NCBI GenBank assembly: GCA_963834665.1
Contig: CAWICK010000002.1
Coordinates: forward strand, 20,581-84,580
Direction: 5' to 3'
From: an uncultured Actinomycetota bacterium
GTDB taxonomy: Bacteria > Actinomycetota > Actinomycetes > Streptosporangiales > Streptosporangiaceae
Length of the DNA: 64,000 bases
Both the position numbers and the translations under genes were made by a program. This document shows, piece by piece, positions 18,477-28,455 of the stretch. The first letter of the stretch is position 1, and each line of letters begins with the position of its first letter. The notes below the pieces were generated by a model, which was not told the origin of the DNA, ran no database searches, and worked only from the letters and a program-made list of their open reading frames with translations.

Positions 18477-19981
18477 TGGCAGGGGGCGGGGCACAGGCGC
18501 GGCAAGCCGGGGTTCACGAGCGTTCCGGCCAGCGCCCGGCGCCGCGCTCGGTCGCGATCATCGGCGGCGGGATCGCTGGCCTGGCCGCAGCGTTCCAGCT
18601 CCGGGACAGCGGCTTTGCCGTCACCGTGCTCGAAGGCTCGCCACGGCTGGGCGGCAAACTGGCCGTGTCCGAGATAGCCGGAGTCGCGGTCGACTCCGGC
18701 GCCGAGGCCCTCCTCGCCCGGCGGCCCGAAGGCATCGGCTTGATCGGCGAGCTCGGGTTGTCCGGGGAACTGCAGCTGCCAGGCACGACCACGGCGGGGA
18801 TCTGGACGCGGGGGAGCGTCCGGCCGCTGCCCCAGCGTCAGTTCATGGGCGTGCCTGCCGACCTGGGCGAACTGGCCGCAACGGGGATTCTGTCCGAGGA
18901 CGGCCTCGGCAGGGCGAGGCAGGACCTCAGCCTGCCAGCCTCCGGTGCCGATGGTGATGAATCGGTGACGAGCCGGGTGGGAGGCCGGTTCGGCCAGGAG
19001 CTGGTCGACCGCCTCGTCGAGCCGCTACTCGGCGGCGTCTATGCCGGCCGCTGCGAGGAACTCTCGTTCGAGGCGACGCTGCCTGGCCTGGCCCAAGCGG
19101 CCCGCAAGCACAGTTCGCTGGCGGCGGCAGCGGCGGAGCTCATGCCGCCCGCGCCGCCGGCCAGGCCCGCGCCGCCGGCCAGGCCCGCGCCGCCGATCTT
19201 CACTACCTTGGCCGGCGGCCTTGGGACCCTGCCGCCTGCCGTTGCCGCGGCATCCGGCGCCATCATCCGGACCAACGCCATGGTCCGCGAGCTGACCAGG
19301 ACCGCCACTGGCTGGCGGCTGACCGTCGGGTCGGCGCGTGCCCCGGAATACATCGAGGCGGACGCGGTGATAATCGCGGTCCCGGCCGTTCCGGCCAGCA
19401 GGCTGCTGGCTAGCACAGCGGCTCGCGCCGCCGCGGCGCTTGCCGAGATCAGGTACGCGAGCATGGCGGTGGTCACGCTGGCCTATCCGGTGGCCTCGTT
19501 CCCCTCTCTGGTGACCGGGAGCGGTTTCCTGGTGCCCGCCGTGGACGGGCGGGCGATCAAGGCGGTCACGTTCAGCACGGTCAAATGGCCGCAGTTGCGC
19601 GGCGCTGCTCACGATGTGCACATCGTCAGGTGCTCGGTCGGGCGGTTCGGAGAGGACGCGATACTGCAGCGCGATGACGCTGAGCTGGCCGGCCTCGCCG
19701 CTGCTGACCTGGCCGATGCCACTGGCGTGCGTGGCCGGCCTGCCGATGTCAGGGTCACCAGATGGGGCGGCGGGCTGCCGCAATACACCGTTGGCCACCT
19801 CGACCGGGTGGCCCGCATCCGCGCCGGCCTGGCAGCTCAGCCGGGGCTCGCCGTCTGTGGTGCCGCCTATGACGGCGTCGGCATTCCGGCCTGCATCGCC
19901 TCCGCACGGCAGGCAGTGGATCGGGTGCTGAGCTACCTCAGCGGCGATTCCGGCTCGGCCAGCGCCCTGCCTGCCAGCTAA
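18476..19981 (+). CDS. hemY: Protoporphyrinogen/coproporphyrinogen III oxidase (HemY/CgoX)
   Basis: 501 aa. FAD fold VAIIGGGIAGLAAAFQL. TGATG overlap with the add stop. Conserved neighbourhood with hemE. Confidence 0.9.
   Translation: MAGGGAQARQAGVHERSGQRPAPRSVAIIGGGIAGLAAAFQLRDSGFAVTVLEGSPRLGGKLAVSEIAGVAVDSGAEALLARRPEGIGLIGELGLSGELQLPGTTTAGIWTRGSVRPLPQRQFMGVPADLGELAATGILSEDGLGRARQDLSLPASGADGDESVTSRVGGRFGQELVDRLVEPLLGGVYAGRCEELSFEATLPGLAQAARKHSSLAAAAAELMPPAPPARPAPPARPAPPIFTTLAGGLGTLPPAVAAASGAIIRTNAMVRELTRTATGWRLTVGSARAPEYIEADAVIIAVPAVPASRLLASTAARAAAALAEIRYASMAVVTLAYPVASFPSLVTGSGFLVPAVDGRAIKAVTFSTVKWPQLRGAAHDVHIVRCSVGRFGEDAILQRDDAELAGLAAADLADATGVRGRPADVRVTRWGGGLPQYTVGHLDRVARIRAGLAAQPGLAVCGAAYDGVGIPACIASARQAVDRVLSYLSGDSGSASALPAS
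19151..19195 (+). repeat. 18-bp in-frame tandem duplication (gcgccgccggccaggccc, 2.5 units) inside hemY
   Basis: Direct reading. Encodes PPARPAPPARPAPP. Confidence 0.9.
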
Positions 19982-20044
19982 TCGGCTGCGGCACGCCGTA
20001 GGGCGGAAGCAGCCGGAAGTTCCTGAAAATGTTTCAATGCTGCC

Positions 20045-21091
20045 ATGGACTTCAGCGCACCCGAGACCGAGCGCCGTAACCGGATCACCATCAGGCAGGT
20101 CGCCGAGCTGGCTGGCGTCTCGATCGCCACCGTCTCGCGGGTTGCCAATGGCCATGCGGATGTATCAAGCACGACCAGGCAGTCTGTGCAGAAGGTAATG
20201 CGCGAGCGCGGCTATCCGGCGGGAACGCGGCCGCGCACTACCACGACAGGCCTCATCGGCGTCGCGATACCGCTGGTGCAGCATAGCTACTTCGCCGGGA
20301 TCCTGGCCGGGGCCGCTGAGGCACTCTACGAGCACGGGATGCGGGTCGTGCTCTGCCCGACGCGCCATTCTCACGAGCGCGAGATGTCGCTGGTCGAGCG
20401 ACTAACGGCTGGCGAGACCGATGGCGCGATAATCGTGCTACCCGAGGAGTCGGGCGAGGAACTCCATTCCCTGGCAGCGCAGGGTTTCAGGTTCGTGATC
20501 GTCGACCCGCAAGCGGAGATCGCCGGCGGCATTCCTGTCGTCTGCGCCGCGCACTCGTCTGGCGCCATGCAGGCGACCCGCCACCTGCTGGAACTCGGCC
20601 ATCGGCGGATAGGCGCGATCACTGGTCCAGCGGGCTGGATGGCAACCGAGGAGCGACTGCGCGGATACTACGGTGCCCTGGCCGCCGCGGGTGTTATGCC
20701 CGATCAGGACCTTGTCGAGATTGCCGCCTTCACCGTGGATGGCGGCCGCGCCGCCGCGCTGCGGCTACTCGGCAGGCCGGATCCCCCGACCGCCATATTC
20801 GCGTTCAATGACAGCATGGCGATCGGTGCGATGCAGGCCGCGGCGGCGCTTGGCCTGCGCGTGCCCGCCGATCTGTCTGTCGTCGGCTTCGACGACACCA
20901 TGGAAGCCGAACTCGCCGTGCCCGCCCTGACCACTGTCCGGCAGCCGCTGGCCGAGCTCGGCCGGACCGCCGTGAGCCTGCTGCTGCGCCAGCTCGATAA
21001 CAGGCGCCTCGAACCGCTGCGGGTGGAACTAGAGACGCGGCTGATTCCCCGGGGATCGACGGCCGGGGTGGCGATCCGCGCCGGGAAGTGA
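20045..21091 (+). CDS. LacI-family transcriptional regulator
   Basis: HTH ITIRQVAELAGVSIATVSRVANG plus a periplasmic-binding-like sugar domain. Confidence 0.9.
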   Translation: MDFSAPETERRNRITIRQVAELAGVSIATVSRVANGHADVSSTTRQSVQKVMRERGYPAGTRPRTTTTGLIGVAIPLVQHSYFAGILAGAAEALYEHGMRVVLCPTRHSHEREMSLVERLTAGETDGAIIVLPEESGEELHSLAAQGFRFVIVDPQAEIAGGIPVVCAAHSSGAMQATRHLLELGHRRIGAITGPAGWMATEERLRGYYGALAAAGVMPDQDLVEIAAFTVDGGRAAALRLLGRPDPPTAIFAFNDSMAIGAMQAAAALGLRVPADLSVVGFDDTMEAELAVPALTTVRQPLAELGRTAVSLLLRQLDNRRLEPLRVELETRLIPRGSTAGVAIRAGK

Positions 21092-21242
21092 ATCGGGGGG
21101 TCGCCAGAGCTCGCATGGCCTGAGCGCTGAGCTGGCCGCGGACACGCTGAGATGCCGACGCTGGGATGCCGGCGCTGGTCTGCGAGCGGTCGCTGGACTG
21201 GCGGCGATCTGCAGCGCGTAAACGTGTCCTGGTAACCGGGCA

Positions 21243-21296
21243 TTGACCGGCCTCTGAACGCTTGTTACGTTCTTCCCGGAAATACTTCCGTAACAA
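21243..21296 (+). promoter_or_regulatory. Candidate promoter (TTGACC-17 nt-TACGTT) with an overlapping 8-bp inverted repeat (TTGTTACG...CGTAACAA) upstream of the GH6 gene
   Basis: Read directly. The left arm of the inverted repeat overlaps the -10 hexamer, as expected for a repressor operator. Confidence 0.35.
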
Positions 21297-21318
21297 CCTT
21301 CGGCGTACTGGAGTGTCT

Positions 21319-22698
21319 ATGGTCACGCGTTTCTCAGGACGTGCCCGGAAGCTGGCGGCCGCGGCTGTCGTCTTGGCATCGGCTATCGGGATGTCGCTCA
21401 CCGCCCTGCCGGGCGCCGCAGCGAGCACGGTTGCCTCGGCTAGCACGGCCGCCCATGCGGCGGCTGGTCAGCAGAAGATCGGCGCCAGCACGCGTCTGTT
21501 CATCCCGCCGCCGTCGCCCGGGGCGCCGCAGCAAATCCTTCAGCTGCTGAGGAGCGGCGACCGCAAAGACGCGGCCCTCGTCGCCGAGATGGAGGCGATC
21601 CCGCGGGCTGTCTGGTTCACCAGCGGCACCCCTGCCCAAGTCGAAAGGCAGGTGCGCCTGACCATGGCCGAGGCGGCAGTGGAGCGCGCCGTTCCCGTCC
21701 TTGTGGCCTATGACATTCCAGGGCGTGATTGCGCTCAGTACTCGGCCGGCGGTGCGCTCGACCAGACTGCTTACGAGAACTGGATCGGCGGATTCGCAAA
21801 GGGAATCGGACAGGGGACCGCGATTGTCGTGCTGGAGCCCGACGCCCTTGGCAACATGCCGTCGGGCTGCGGGCTGTCCGCCTCGGTCTATCCGTTCACG
21901 GACAGTGAGCGGATAGCCGAGCTTCAGTACGCGGTCGGCGCGCTGGAGCAGGATCCCGGCGCGAGCGTGTATCTCGATGGCACGCACAGCGCGTGGCAGT
22001 CAGTGGGCACAATCACGCAGCGGCTGCTCGAGGCCGACGTGCAGAATGCGCAAGGCTTCTTCCTGAACGTGTCGAACTATCAGCCAACCAACGAGCTGAT
22101 CGACTACGGGACCTGGATCTCCGACTGCCTTGCGATGGTGACGGATTCGTCGAATGCCTTCTACAACAATCCGTCCGCGTGCGCGAGCCAGTATTACCCG
22201 GCAACGCAGAGCGACTTCAGCACCTGGGGCCTGACCACGCAGTGGTACGCGCAGAACATGGGCAGCGCGGTAGCGGCGACGCATTTCGTGATCGACACCA
22301 GCCGGAACGGCGACGGTCCCAACCAGATGAAGCAGTACGCCAATCCGCCTTACGACCAGCCCTCCAGCGTCATCGCCACCCTGGCGGGCGGGAACTGGTG
22401 TAACCCGCCCGGCTCCGGGCTAGGCATCAGGCCGACGACCGATACCGGAGTCGCGCTGCTGGACGCTTACCTGTGGGTGAAGACCCCGGGGCAGTCTGAC
22501 GGGCAGTGCGATGCCGCAGGAGGCGTGCGCGGCTGGAACTACGGCGACTACTCGCAGCCCGGGTGGCCCGCCACGGCGGCGGCTCAGTCGCTGTTCGACC
22601 CGTTGTGGGGCGTCAACGATCCGGCGGCGGGCGCCTGGTTTGGCCAGCAGGCGCTCCAGCTTGCCCAGCTGGCCAGTCCTGCTCTGCCGGGGTCATAA
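21319..22698 (+). CDS. Secreted glycoside hydrolase family 6 (cellulase/cellobiohydrolase-type)
   Basis: GH6 motifs VLVAYDIPGRDCAQYSAGGA, VLEPDALGNM, YLDGTHSAW, DAYLWVKTPGQSDGQCD. Signal peptide. GGAG lies 8 nt before the ATG at 21319. Confidence 0.85.
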   Translation: MVTRFSGRARKLAAAAVVLASAIGMSLTALPGAAASTVASASTAAHAAAGQQKIGASTRLFIPPPSPGAPQQILQLLRSGDRKDAALVAEMEAIPRAVWFTSGTPAQVERQVRLTMAEAAVERAVPVLVAYDIPGRDCAQYSAGGALDQTAYENWIGGFAKGIGQGTAIVVLEPDALGNMPSGCGLSASVYPFTDSERIAELQYAVGALEQDPGASVYLDGTHSAWQSVGTITQRLLEADVQNAQGFFLNVSNYQPTNELIDYGTWISDCLAMVTDSSNAFYNNPSACASQYYPATQSDFSTWGLTTQWYAQNMGSAVAATHFVIDTSRNGDGPNQMKQYANPPYDQPSSVIATLAGGNWCNPPGSGLGIRPTTDTGVALLDAYLWVKTPGQSDGQCDAAGGVRGWNYGDYSQPGWPATAAAQSLFDPLWGVNDPAAGAWFGQQALQLAQLASPALPGS

Positions 22699-22705
22699 CC
22701 GCCCG

Positions 22706-22762
22706 GACCTGCGAGCTGAGCGGAGACCTGCGAGCTGAGCGGAGACCTGCGAGCTGAGCGGA
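22706..22762. repeat. 3 x 19-bp perfect tandem repeat (gacctgcgagctgagcgga)
   Basis: Direct reading, immediately downstream of the GH6 stop. Confidence 0.95.
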
Positions 22763-22796
22763 TGAGCTGGCGCGCTCGTGGCGCCGGCTCATCCGC
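22758..22796 (+). terminator. GC-rich hairpin downstream of the GH6 gene (no T-tract)
   Basis: GCGGATGAGCTGGCGC...GCGCCGGCTCATCCGC, near-perfect 16-bp arms. Confidence 0.5.
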
Positions 22797-22878
22797 ACTT
22801 GGCGAGAGATCACCCCGTGGTCCCGGTCCTGGCTTAGTTTGGCAGTCTGGGGTCTTCGGGCGAGGTGGCGGGCGAAAC

Positions 22879-23538
22879 GTGTTGATAGGGCTGGACCGGG
22901 ACGGGCATGTCTGGGTGCTGCGCATGCAGGCTGGCGAGAACCGGTTCGGCCTGGACTGGCTCGAGGCGGTTAACTCGGCACTCGATGTGGTCGAGGCAGA
23001 TGACGGACCCTGCGCGCTGGTCACGGTCGGCGAAGGCAAGTTTTACAGCAATGGCATGGACCTGGACTGGCTGGCCACGGCTCCGGAGCGGGCGGCTGAG
23101 TACCTGTCGGCCATTTACCGGCTTCTCGGCCGGGTGCTCGGCTTCCCGGCGATCACGGTGGCGGCGGTCAACGGTCATGCCTTCGGTGCCGGAGCATTGC
23201 TGGCCGCCGCGCACGATTTTGCCGTGATGCGCGAGGACCGCGGTTACTGGTGCATGCCCGAGGCCGACCTCGGTCTGCCGCTGACAGCCGAGTACCTCAG
23301 CGTGCTGACCGCGAAACTGCCAGCCCGGAGTCTGCAGCAAGCGGTGCTGACAGGCCGCCGCTACGGCGGGCAGGACGCGCTGGCGGCCGGCATCGTGCAT
23401 CAGGTCGCCGCCGAGGACTTGGTGCTGCCGACCGCGGTGCGGCTCGCGGCCGAGATGGCAGGCAAGGACCGGCGGACCGTCGCCGAGCACAAGCGCCTGC
23501 TGTACGGCGAGGCGATTAAGACGCTGCTCCGCCGCTAG
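22879..23538 (+). CDS. Enoyl-CoA hydratase/isomerase-family protein
   Basis: Crotonase fold AAVNGHAFGAGALLAAAHDFAVM. GTG start at 22879 is in frame with the longer track ORF. Confidence 0.8.
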   Translation: MLIGLDRDGHVWVLRMQAGENRFGLDWLEAVNSALDVVEADDGPCALVTVGEGKFYSNGMDLDWLATAPERAAEYLSAIYRLLGRVLGFPAITVAAVNGHAFGAGALLAAAHDFAVMREDRGYWCMPEADLGLPLTAEYLSVLTAKLPARSLQQAVLTGRRYGGQDALAAGIVHQVAAEDLVLPTAVRLAAEMAGKDRRTVAEHKRLLYGEAIKTLLRR

Positions 23539-23959
23539 CCAGGATCTGCAGGGCGCGGATGAACTGGCGCTCGAGCGTGTCGCCGAGCGGGGCCAGGAAC
23601 TCCCTGTCCACCTCAGCACGTGCTTTGCTTGCCCCGCGGAGGCAGTCCTGGCCGTTCGTGGTGAGCTGCACGATGTTCTTGCGGCGGTCCTGCGGGCTAC
23701 GATGCCGCCGGACCAGGGCCTTGCCCTCGAGCGTGTCGACGAGCGCGACCATGGTAGTGCGGTCGACGCCCAGTTGGTCGGCCGCTTCCTGCTGCGATAG
23801 CGGGGTGTCAGCGGCCAGCACGGCCAGCACCGCTAGCTCGCGGCCGTCGATGCCGTAGGGCGCCAGCGCCGGGGCGGACGCCCGAACCAGGCGCTCCTGG
23901 GCGTGCTTCAGCAGGTATCCCAGCCGCGACGCGAGGACGTCCGGCGGCGCATCAGCCAT
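23516..23959 (-). CDS. MarR-family transcriptional regulator
   Basis: 147 aa. wHTH LSQQEAADQLGVDRTTMVALVDTLEGKALVRRHRSPQDRR. Confidence 0.9.
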   Translation of the reverse strand: MADAPPDVLASRLGYLLKHAQERLVRASAPALAPYGIDGRELAVLAVLAADTPLSQQEAADQLGVDRTTMVALVDTLEGKALVRRHRSPQDRRKNIVQLTTNGQDCLRGASKARAEVDREFLAPLGDTLERQFIRALQILASGGAAS

Positions 23960-23977
23960 GCCCTTACTGTACAGTCG

Positions 23978-24006
23978 AGCTGATGCTCAGCTAAGCTGAT
24001 GATCAG
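23978..24006. promoter_or_regulatory. Two adjacent palindromes (AGCTGAtgcTCAGCT and CTGATgATCAG) in the marR/LLM divergent intergenic region; candidate MarR operator
   Basis: Read directly. Located between the divergent starts at 23959 and 24034. Confidence 0.4.
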
Positions 24007-24033
24007 TTGCACTGACGGTTGTGATGCGACGAC

Positions 24034-25020
24034 ATGAGCACGGACCGAAAGGCGGGCACGATGCCAACCGGCGCAGATGTGAGCTTCGGAATCAAGACTT
24101 CACCCATGCACACGAGCTATGAGGCGATCCGGCGGACCTGGCAGCAAGCGGATGAGGTACCCGAGATCGAGCACGCCTGGCTCTGGGACCACATGCTGCC
24201 GCTGACCGGTCCGAAGGACGGGCCGATCTTCGAAGGCTGGACGCTGCTCACCGCGCTTGCCGCGCAGACCCGGCGCTTGCGGCTCGGGCTGCTGGTGACG
24301 AACAACCAGATCCGCCAGCCCGCCGTGCTCGGCAAGATCGCGAGCACGCTCGACATCATCTCCGGCGGCCGGCTGGTGCTCGGCCTGGGCGTCGGCGGCA
24401 CCATGCCGGCCGGAACCCCCCGGACACCCGACCAGCATCCAGGCCTCGCGGAATATCTCGCCTACGGGCTGCCCGTGACTACCCCCGCGGAGGGTATCGG
24501 CCGGCTCTCGGAAGCCATCACGATCGTCCGCCGCATGTTTGCCGAGGACGTGTTTGACTTCGACGGGCGCTACTACACGCTGACGGGGACCCGGAACGAG
24601 CCAAAACCGGTGCAGCGGCCCGGGCCACCGCTGCTCGTCGGCGGAACCGGCACCAGGCTGCTGCGACTCGTCGCAGAGCAGGCCGACATCTGGAACATCC
24701 CGGGCCCGCCGCACGCCAGCCTGGAGTTTGTGACCGAGCGAAGCCGCGTGCTCGACCAGCACTGCGCTGACATCGGCCGGGATCCGGCAGAGATCACCAG
24801 GTCGGTGCAGCTGGTGATTACCGCCGACGATCCGGCTGGCGTTCGCGCCACGATCACCGGCCTGATCAGAGCCGGTTTCGGTCACATCGTCCTAGGCGTG
24901 CGGCCGCCCGCACCGGATAACGTTCCTGGCTGGCTGGCTCAGGAGATCATCCGGCCGGTCCGCGCGGAGCTGGAGCTCGCTGTCGGCTCAGTTCAGTGTC
25001 GCCTGAGATCACGGCGCTGA
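24034..25020 (+). CDS. LLM-class F420-dependent oxidoreductase
   Basis: 328 aa luciferase-like TIM barrel (FGIKTSP...LGLGVGG...LLVGGTG). Confidence 0.85.
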   Translation: MSTDRKAGTMPTGADVSFGIKTSPMHTSYEAIRRTWQQADEVPEIEHAWLWDHMLPLTGPKDGPIFEGWTLLTALAAQTRRLRLGLLVTNNQIRQPAVLGKIASTLDIISGGRLVLGLGVGGTMPAGTPRTPDQHPGLAEYLAYGLPVTTPAEGIGRLSEAITIVRRMFAEDVFDFDGRYYTLTGTRNEPKPVQRPGPPLLVGGTGTRLLRLVAEQADIWNIPGPPHASLEFVTERSRVLDQHCADIGRDPAEITRSVQLVITADDPAGVRATITGLIRAGFGHIVLGVRPPAPDNVPGWLAQEIIRPVRAELELAVGSVQCRLRSRR

Positions 25021-25091
25021 GATCACGTCGGCTGAGATCACGTCGGCTGAGATCAGGGCGGTTGAGATCGCGGCGGCTGACATCACCCCGG
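25003..25091. repeat. About 6 units of a 15-bp tandem repeat (ctgagatcacgtcgg and variants)
   Basis: Direct reading. Starts in the last codons of the LLM gene and fills the intergenic region up to the DUF429 gene. Confidence 0.9.
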
Positions 25092-25121
25092 CGCAATAAG
25101 GCCAGCTGAGATCATGGCTGC

Positions 25122-25814
25122 GTGAGCGGTGGCCGGGTACTTGGCGTGGACGCGTGCGGTGCGGGCTGGGTGGGCATCGCGCTGTCCGGAAATCAGGTCT
25201 GCGCTTACGTTGACGCGCAGATCGAGGCGCTTGTCCGGCAGGCCGCTGCCGACGGTCCACTGCAGGTCATCGGCATCGACATGCCCGTCGGGATGCCAGA
25301 TGCTGGCCTGCGCCGGGCCGACATTGAGGCCCGGGCAGCAGCCGGTCCGAGACGGGCATCGGTGTTCATGACGCCTGTCCGGGACACCCTGGAGCTGGGC
25401 GACTACCGCGCGGCATGCGAGGTGAACAAGCAGCTGACCGGGCACGGCATCTCGCGCCAGGCGTTCAACTTGCTGGAAAAGATCAGGCAGGTCGACAGCT
25501 GGCTGCCGAGGGCGCCGTGCCGGGTCATCGAGGTCCACCCGGAGCTGAGTTTCGCCGAGATGGCAGGTGTCCCGCTGGCGGCCCGCAAGGCCAGCTGGGC
25601 TGGGCTGGTCATTCGGCGCCGGCTGCTCGCTGAGGCCGGCGTCGTGCTGCCTGATGAGCTTGGCCCGGCGGGCCGGGCGGCTGGCGGCGATGATGTGCTG
25701 GACGCGGCCGCCGCGGCCTGGTCAGCCCGCCGGGCGGCCACCGGCCAGGCGCGCCGGCTGCCAGCCGAGCCAGAGCGGTTCAGCGACCAGATCGACTGCG
25801 CTATCTGGACCTGA
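25122..25814 (+). CDS. DUF429-domain protein (predicted RNase H-like fold)
   Basis: 230 aa. RVLGVDACGAGWVG...VIGIDMPVG...EVHPELSF pattern typical of DUF429. Confidence 0.7.
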   Translation: MSGGRVLGVDACGAGWVGIALSGNQVCAYVDAQIEALVRQAAADGPLQVIGIDMPVGMPDAGLRRADIEARAAAGPRRASVFMTPVRDTLELGDYRAACEVNKQLTGHGISRQAFNLLEKIRQVDSWLPRAPCRVIEVHPELSFAEMAGVPLAARKASWAGLVIRRRLLAEAGVVLPDELGPAGRAAGGDDVLDAAAAAWSARRAATGQARRLPAEPERFSDQIDCAIWT

Positions 25815-25818
25815 CGCC

Positions 25819-25990
25819 GCCGCGGCTGGGAAGATCCCGCGCACGACCGCTCAGCTGATCCGTTCCATCAGCCTGTATCCAGGAGTGCCGTATGCCTACG
25901 CCTCGATCGCGCCACCGGAACGCCTGATCTGCACCGCAGGCGCCTGCCCCGATCGATGGAAACGGAGACGTCGTTGCCCGGGCCGGCACT
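25819..25990 (+). pseudogene. Truncated RidA-family paralog fragment (start codon lost, frameshifted)
   Basis: AQLIRSISLYPGVPYAYASIAPPERLICTAGACP(IDGNGDVV) parallels the intact RidA at 29188 (AQLIRAGDLYPGAPYAYAAVAPPGSLIFTAGACPIDGNGDVV). The DNA similarity extends into the upstream leader. Confidence 0.7.
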
Positions 25991-26021
25991 TATCCATCCC
26001 AGCTCGGCCCCGGGTGCCGGG

Positions 26022-26630
26022 TTACCGGATGTCACCTGAGATGCCGTTGACGCTGTCCTGTACGTACGTGCCGCCGCCAGCCTTGTAGGTGAAGGTGTAG
26101 GCGCCGCCGCCGACGATGACCGCGTTGCCGTCGAACAGCTGATTAAGCATCTCGCCGGTGTGGACGGCGCTGGCGATGCCAGCCTGGTCACGGGTGCTGT
26201 CGCCGGGCTCCTGGGCGGGAAGGTTCGCCGGGTCGGGCGGGGTGCTGGAGTACACGTCGTACTGGATGGTGCCCCGGACCGAGCCGCTGGCGGTGATCGC
26301 AGCGCCCGTGGTGGGGTCAGCGAAGGCCGAGAAGCTGCCATTGTCGGTGATGCTCACAGAGTAGTTGCCGCCATCAGGTCCCGTAGATCCCGGCGTGACC
26401 GTGAACCTGACCGCGAGATTGTCGAAGGCCCAGACAGGACCGCCCGGTGAAGACAAGGTAGCCGTACCGGCGACATTGGTGGTGTCGGGATGGTCCGCCG
26501 CGTGGGTCACCGCAGTGACCGTGCCAGACGCACCAGGCGAGGCCGTGCCCGCTGATGCGGTTCCGGCCAGGACCATGATCCCGAATCCGAAGCTGGCCGC
26601 AGTCGTCATCATAATGAGGGTCTTACGCAT
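26022..26630 (-). CDS. Secreted hypothetical protein
   Basis: 202 aa. Signal peptide MRKTLIMMTTAASFGFGIMVLAGTASA. TAGGAG Shine-Dalgarno. Gly/Thr-rich, beta-rich-looking sequence. Confidence 0.7.
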   Translation of the reverse strand: MRKTLIMMTTAASFGFGIMVLAGTASAGTASPGASGTVTAVTHAADHPDTTNVAGTATLSSPGGPVWAFDNLAVRFTVTPGSTGPDGGNYSVSITDNGSFSAFADPTTGAAITASGSVRGTIQYDVYSSTPPDPANLPAQEPGDSTRDQAGIASAVHTGEMLNQLFDGNAVIVGGGAYTFTYKAGGGTYVQDSVNGISGDIR

Positions 26631-26941
26631 AATCGGAACTCCTAATGAGCCCTAATCTGGGTCTCTTCAGCGGCAGCCTTGATGCTGCCGGACGGCGCTC
26701 TCGCCGTTTCGACCGGTGAACTCAGTACGCCGATGGCGCGCGGCTCCGGCCAGTGTGGCGGCAGCCCTCCCGGTGCAATGCTCATACCGGGGCGCCCGCA
26801 GCCGCAGCTGCTGCGGCACTGCGGTCAAGTGGCTACAGCACCCGAAACCAGGGGCCGCGGACTGAGTTCGTGGGAATTGACTGCCTTAACACTCTGTAAG
26901 AGTAGGCGCACGGACAGCTACGGCGGGTCACAACGGCAAAG

Positions 26942-27568
26942 CTACTTTGAGCCGGGCGATACCTCTGCCCCGAGGATGGAGCGGAGTGCGCTCATCGCGG
27001 CCGCCGTGTGGGTCTGCACCGACCCGCGGCTAATGCCCATGACCGAAGCGACCCGCGCCTCGCTCATATCGCCGTAATAGCGCAGCACCAGTGCCTCGCG
27101 CTGACTGGGAGGCAGGGCGCGCAGGGCGGCCACGACGGCTGAGTCCCTGAGCAGGACGACGGCGCCGTGCTCGGCGTTGGGCATATCCGCCGGAAGCTCG
27201 GGCGCGTTCCGGTTTGCGACGACCTGGTGCCGCAGCACGGAACGCGACCGGTTCACCACAGACTGCCGAAGGTAGGAGAGGGCTTGGTCGCTGTCGCGGA
27301 GTCGCCTCCACGCGCTGTGCATGGCGACGAACGAGTCCTGGACCACTTCCTCCGCGGTGGCGACGTCGCGGATCAGGAGCGCGGTGAGCCGTACCAGCGA
27401 CCGGTAGTGCGTGCTGTACAGCTCGGCCACTGCCCGGTCAGCGTCCCAGTCGATGCCCACGACCGGGATGGGCTCCAGGATCTCCATGAGAATCGGGAAT
27501 TCGGTCTGCGCGCCGTTCCTCACGTAGCGTGTCCGCGCGGCGCGGGACCTCCCCGGCGAGGTGCCCAT
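26942..27568 (-). CDS. ECF (SigE-type) RNA polymerase sigma-70 family factor
   Basis: Region 2 AEEVVQDSFVAMHSAWRRL. Region 4 LPPSQREALVLRYYGDMSEARVASVMGISRGSVQTHTAAAMSAL. The start is uncertain (27568 or 27487; the track ORF extends to 27736). Confidence 0.8.
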   Translation of the reverse strand: MGTSPGRSRAARTRYVRNGAQTEFPILMEILEPIPVVGIDWDADRAVAELYSTHYRSLVRLTALLIRDVATAEEVVQDSFVAMHSAWRRLRDSDQALSYLRQSVVNRSRSVLRHQVVANRNAPELPADMPNAEHGAVVLLRDSAVVAALRALPPSQREALVLRYYGDMSEARVASVMGISRGSVQTHTAAAMSALRSILGAEVSPGSK

Positions 27569-28455
27569 CAGGTTTTCCCGGCAGCGAGGGCTAGGGCCTC
27601 GGCGAGTGCGGTCGCGCAGGCAACGACGCGGTAGGGGACCGGTACCGCCATCTGCCACCTCGGCTTGACTGCGCGCTAGGGGCGCCGCCGAGGTCCAGAG
27701 CAGCCGGAAGCCTCGATCCCGTCTGCACGCGGGCAAACGAGCACGACTTCCAGGCCAAGACGCTACGCCGCATTCACCGGGCAGGCAATGAACGTGTCAG
27801 CCAGCTCCGCCGACGCTCAATGGTGCGCGCAGGCTCACGCCGCGGTCCCGGCAAACAGCGGTTCACCTCGTGACAGTTGTCCGGCCAGGTCGCCAGCGGT
27901 CGGCCGGGGTCGGACGGCAAGGGGCGATACCTCGTTCTCGTTTGAGGATCGCTACTGACATACCCGCATCAAGCACCGCTCTGAAGCCCAGAACAACCTC
28001 GCGTCAGTCAGACCGACAACAGCGACCTTCACGCCCAGGTTCAGAGTCGAGTTCTGACGGCGACATCAGTGCATCGCCCGCGACGTCGGGCACCTGCGCA
28101 TATCAGCCAAGTCGGCGCTAGCCGAGTGGCAATCTAGTAACCAGAAGATTCGCGCCATATCAGTCTGATTTGGGCGTCAACCCGCTACGCGGTTATATCG
28201 GCGCTCCCAGCCCATGAGCGCCGGTTAGCGGCGCCACACGCTTCCAGGTGGATCGGCTTTCGGCTAGCGCAGCGCTCACGTCAACCGGCAATGATGCAGG
28301 CGCGTCGTATTAGTGCAGTTGCTCTCGGGGATCCTGAATGTGCGATCCGCCGAATCCGGCGAGCTTCGAGACCAGGCGCGGATTGGCGGCGGTCGGCTCA
28401 TCCTCAGCGATCCCGCTGTCAGCTTTGAACATTCCTTTCAGCGAATAGAGAACCG

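Noticed and set aside
5457-25091. Tandem repeat clusters (5457-5515, 16312-16377, 22706-22762, 25003-25091) considered as possible CRISPR arrays.
   Set aside because: The units are directly adjacent with no unique spacers and are only 9-19 bp long. No cas genes are present. These are simple tandem repeats.
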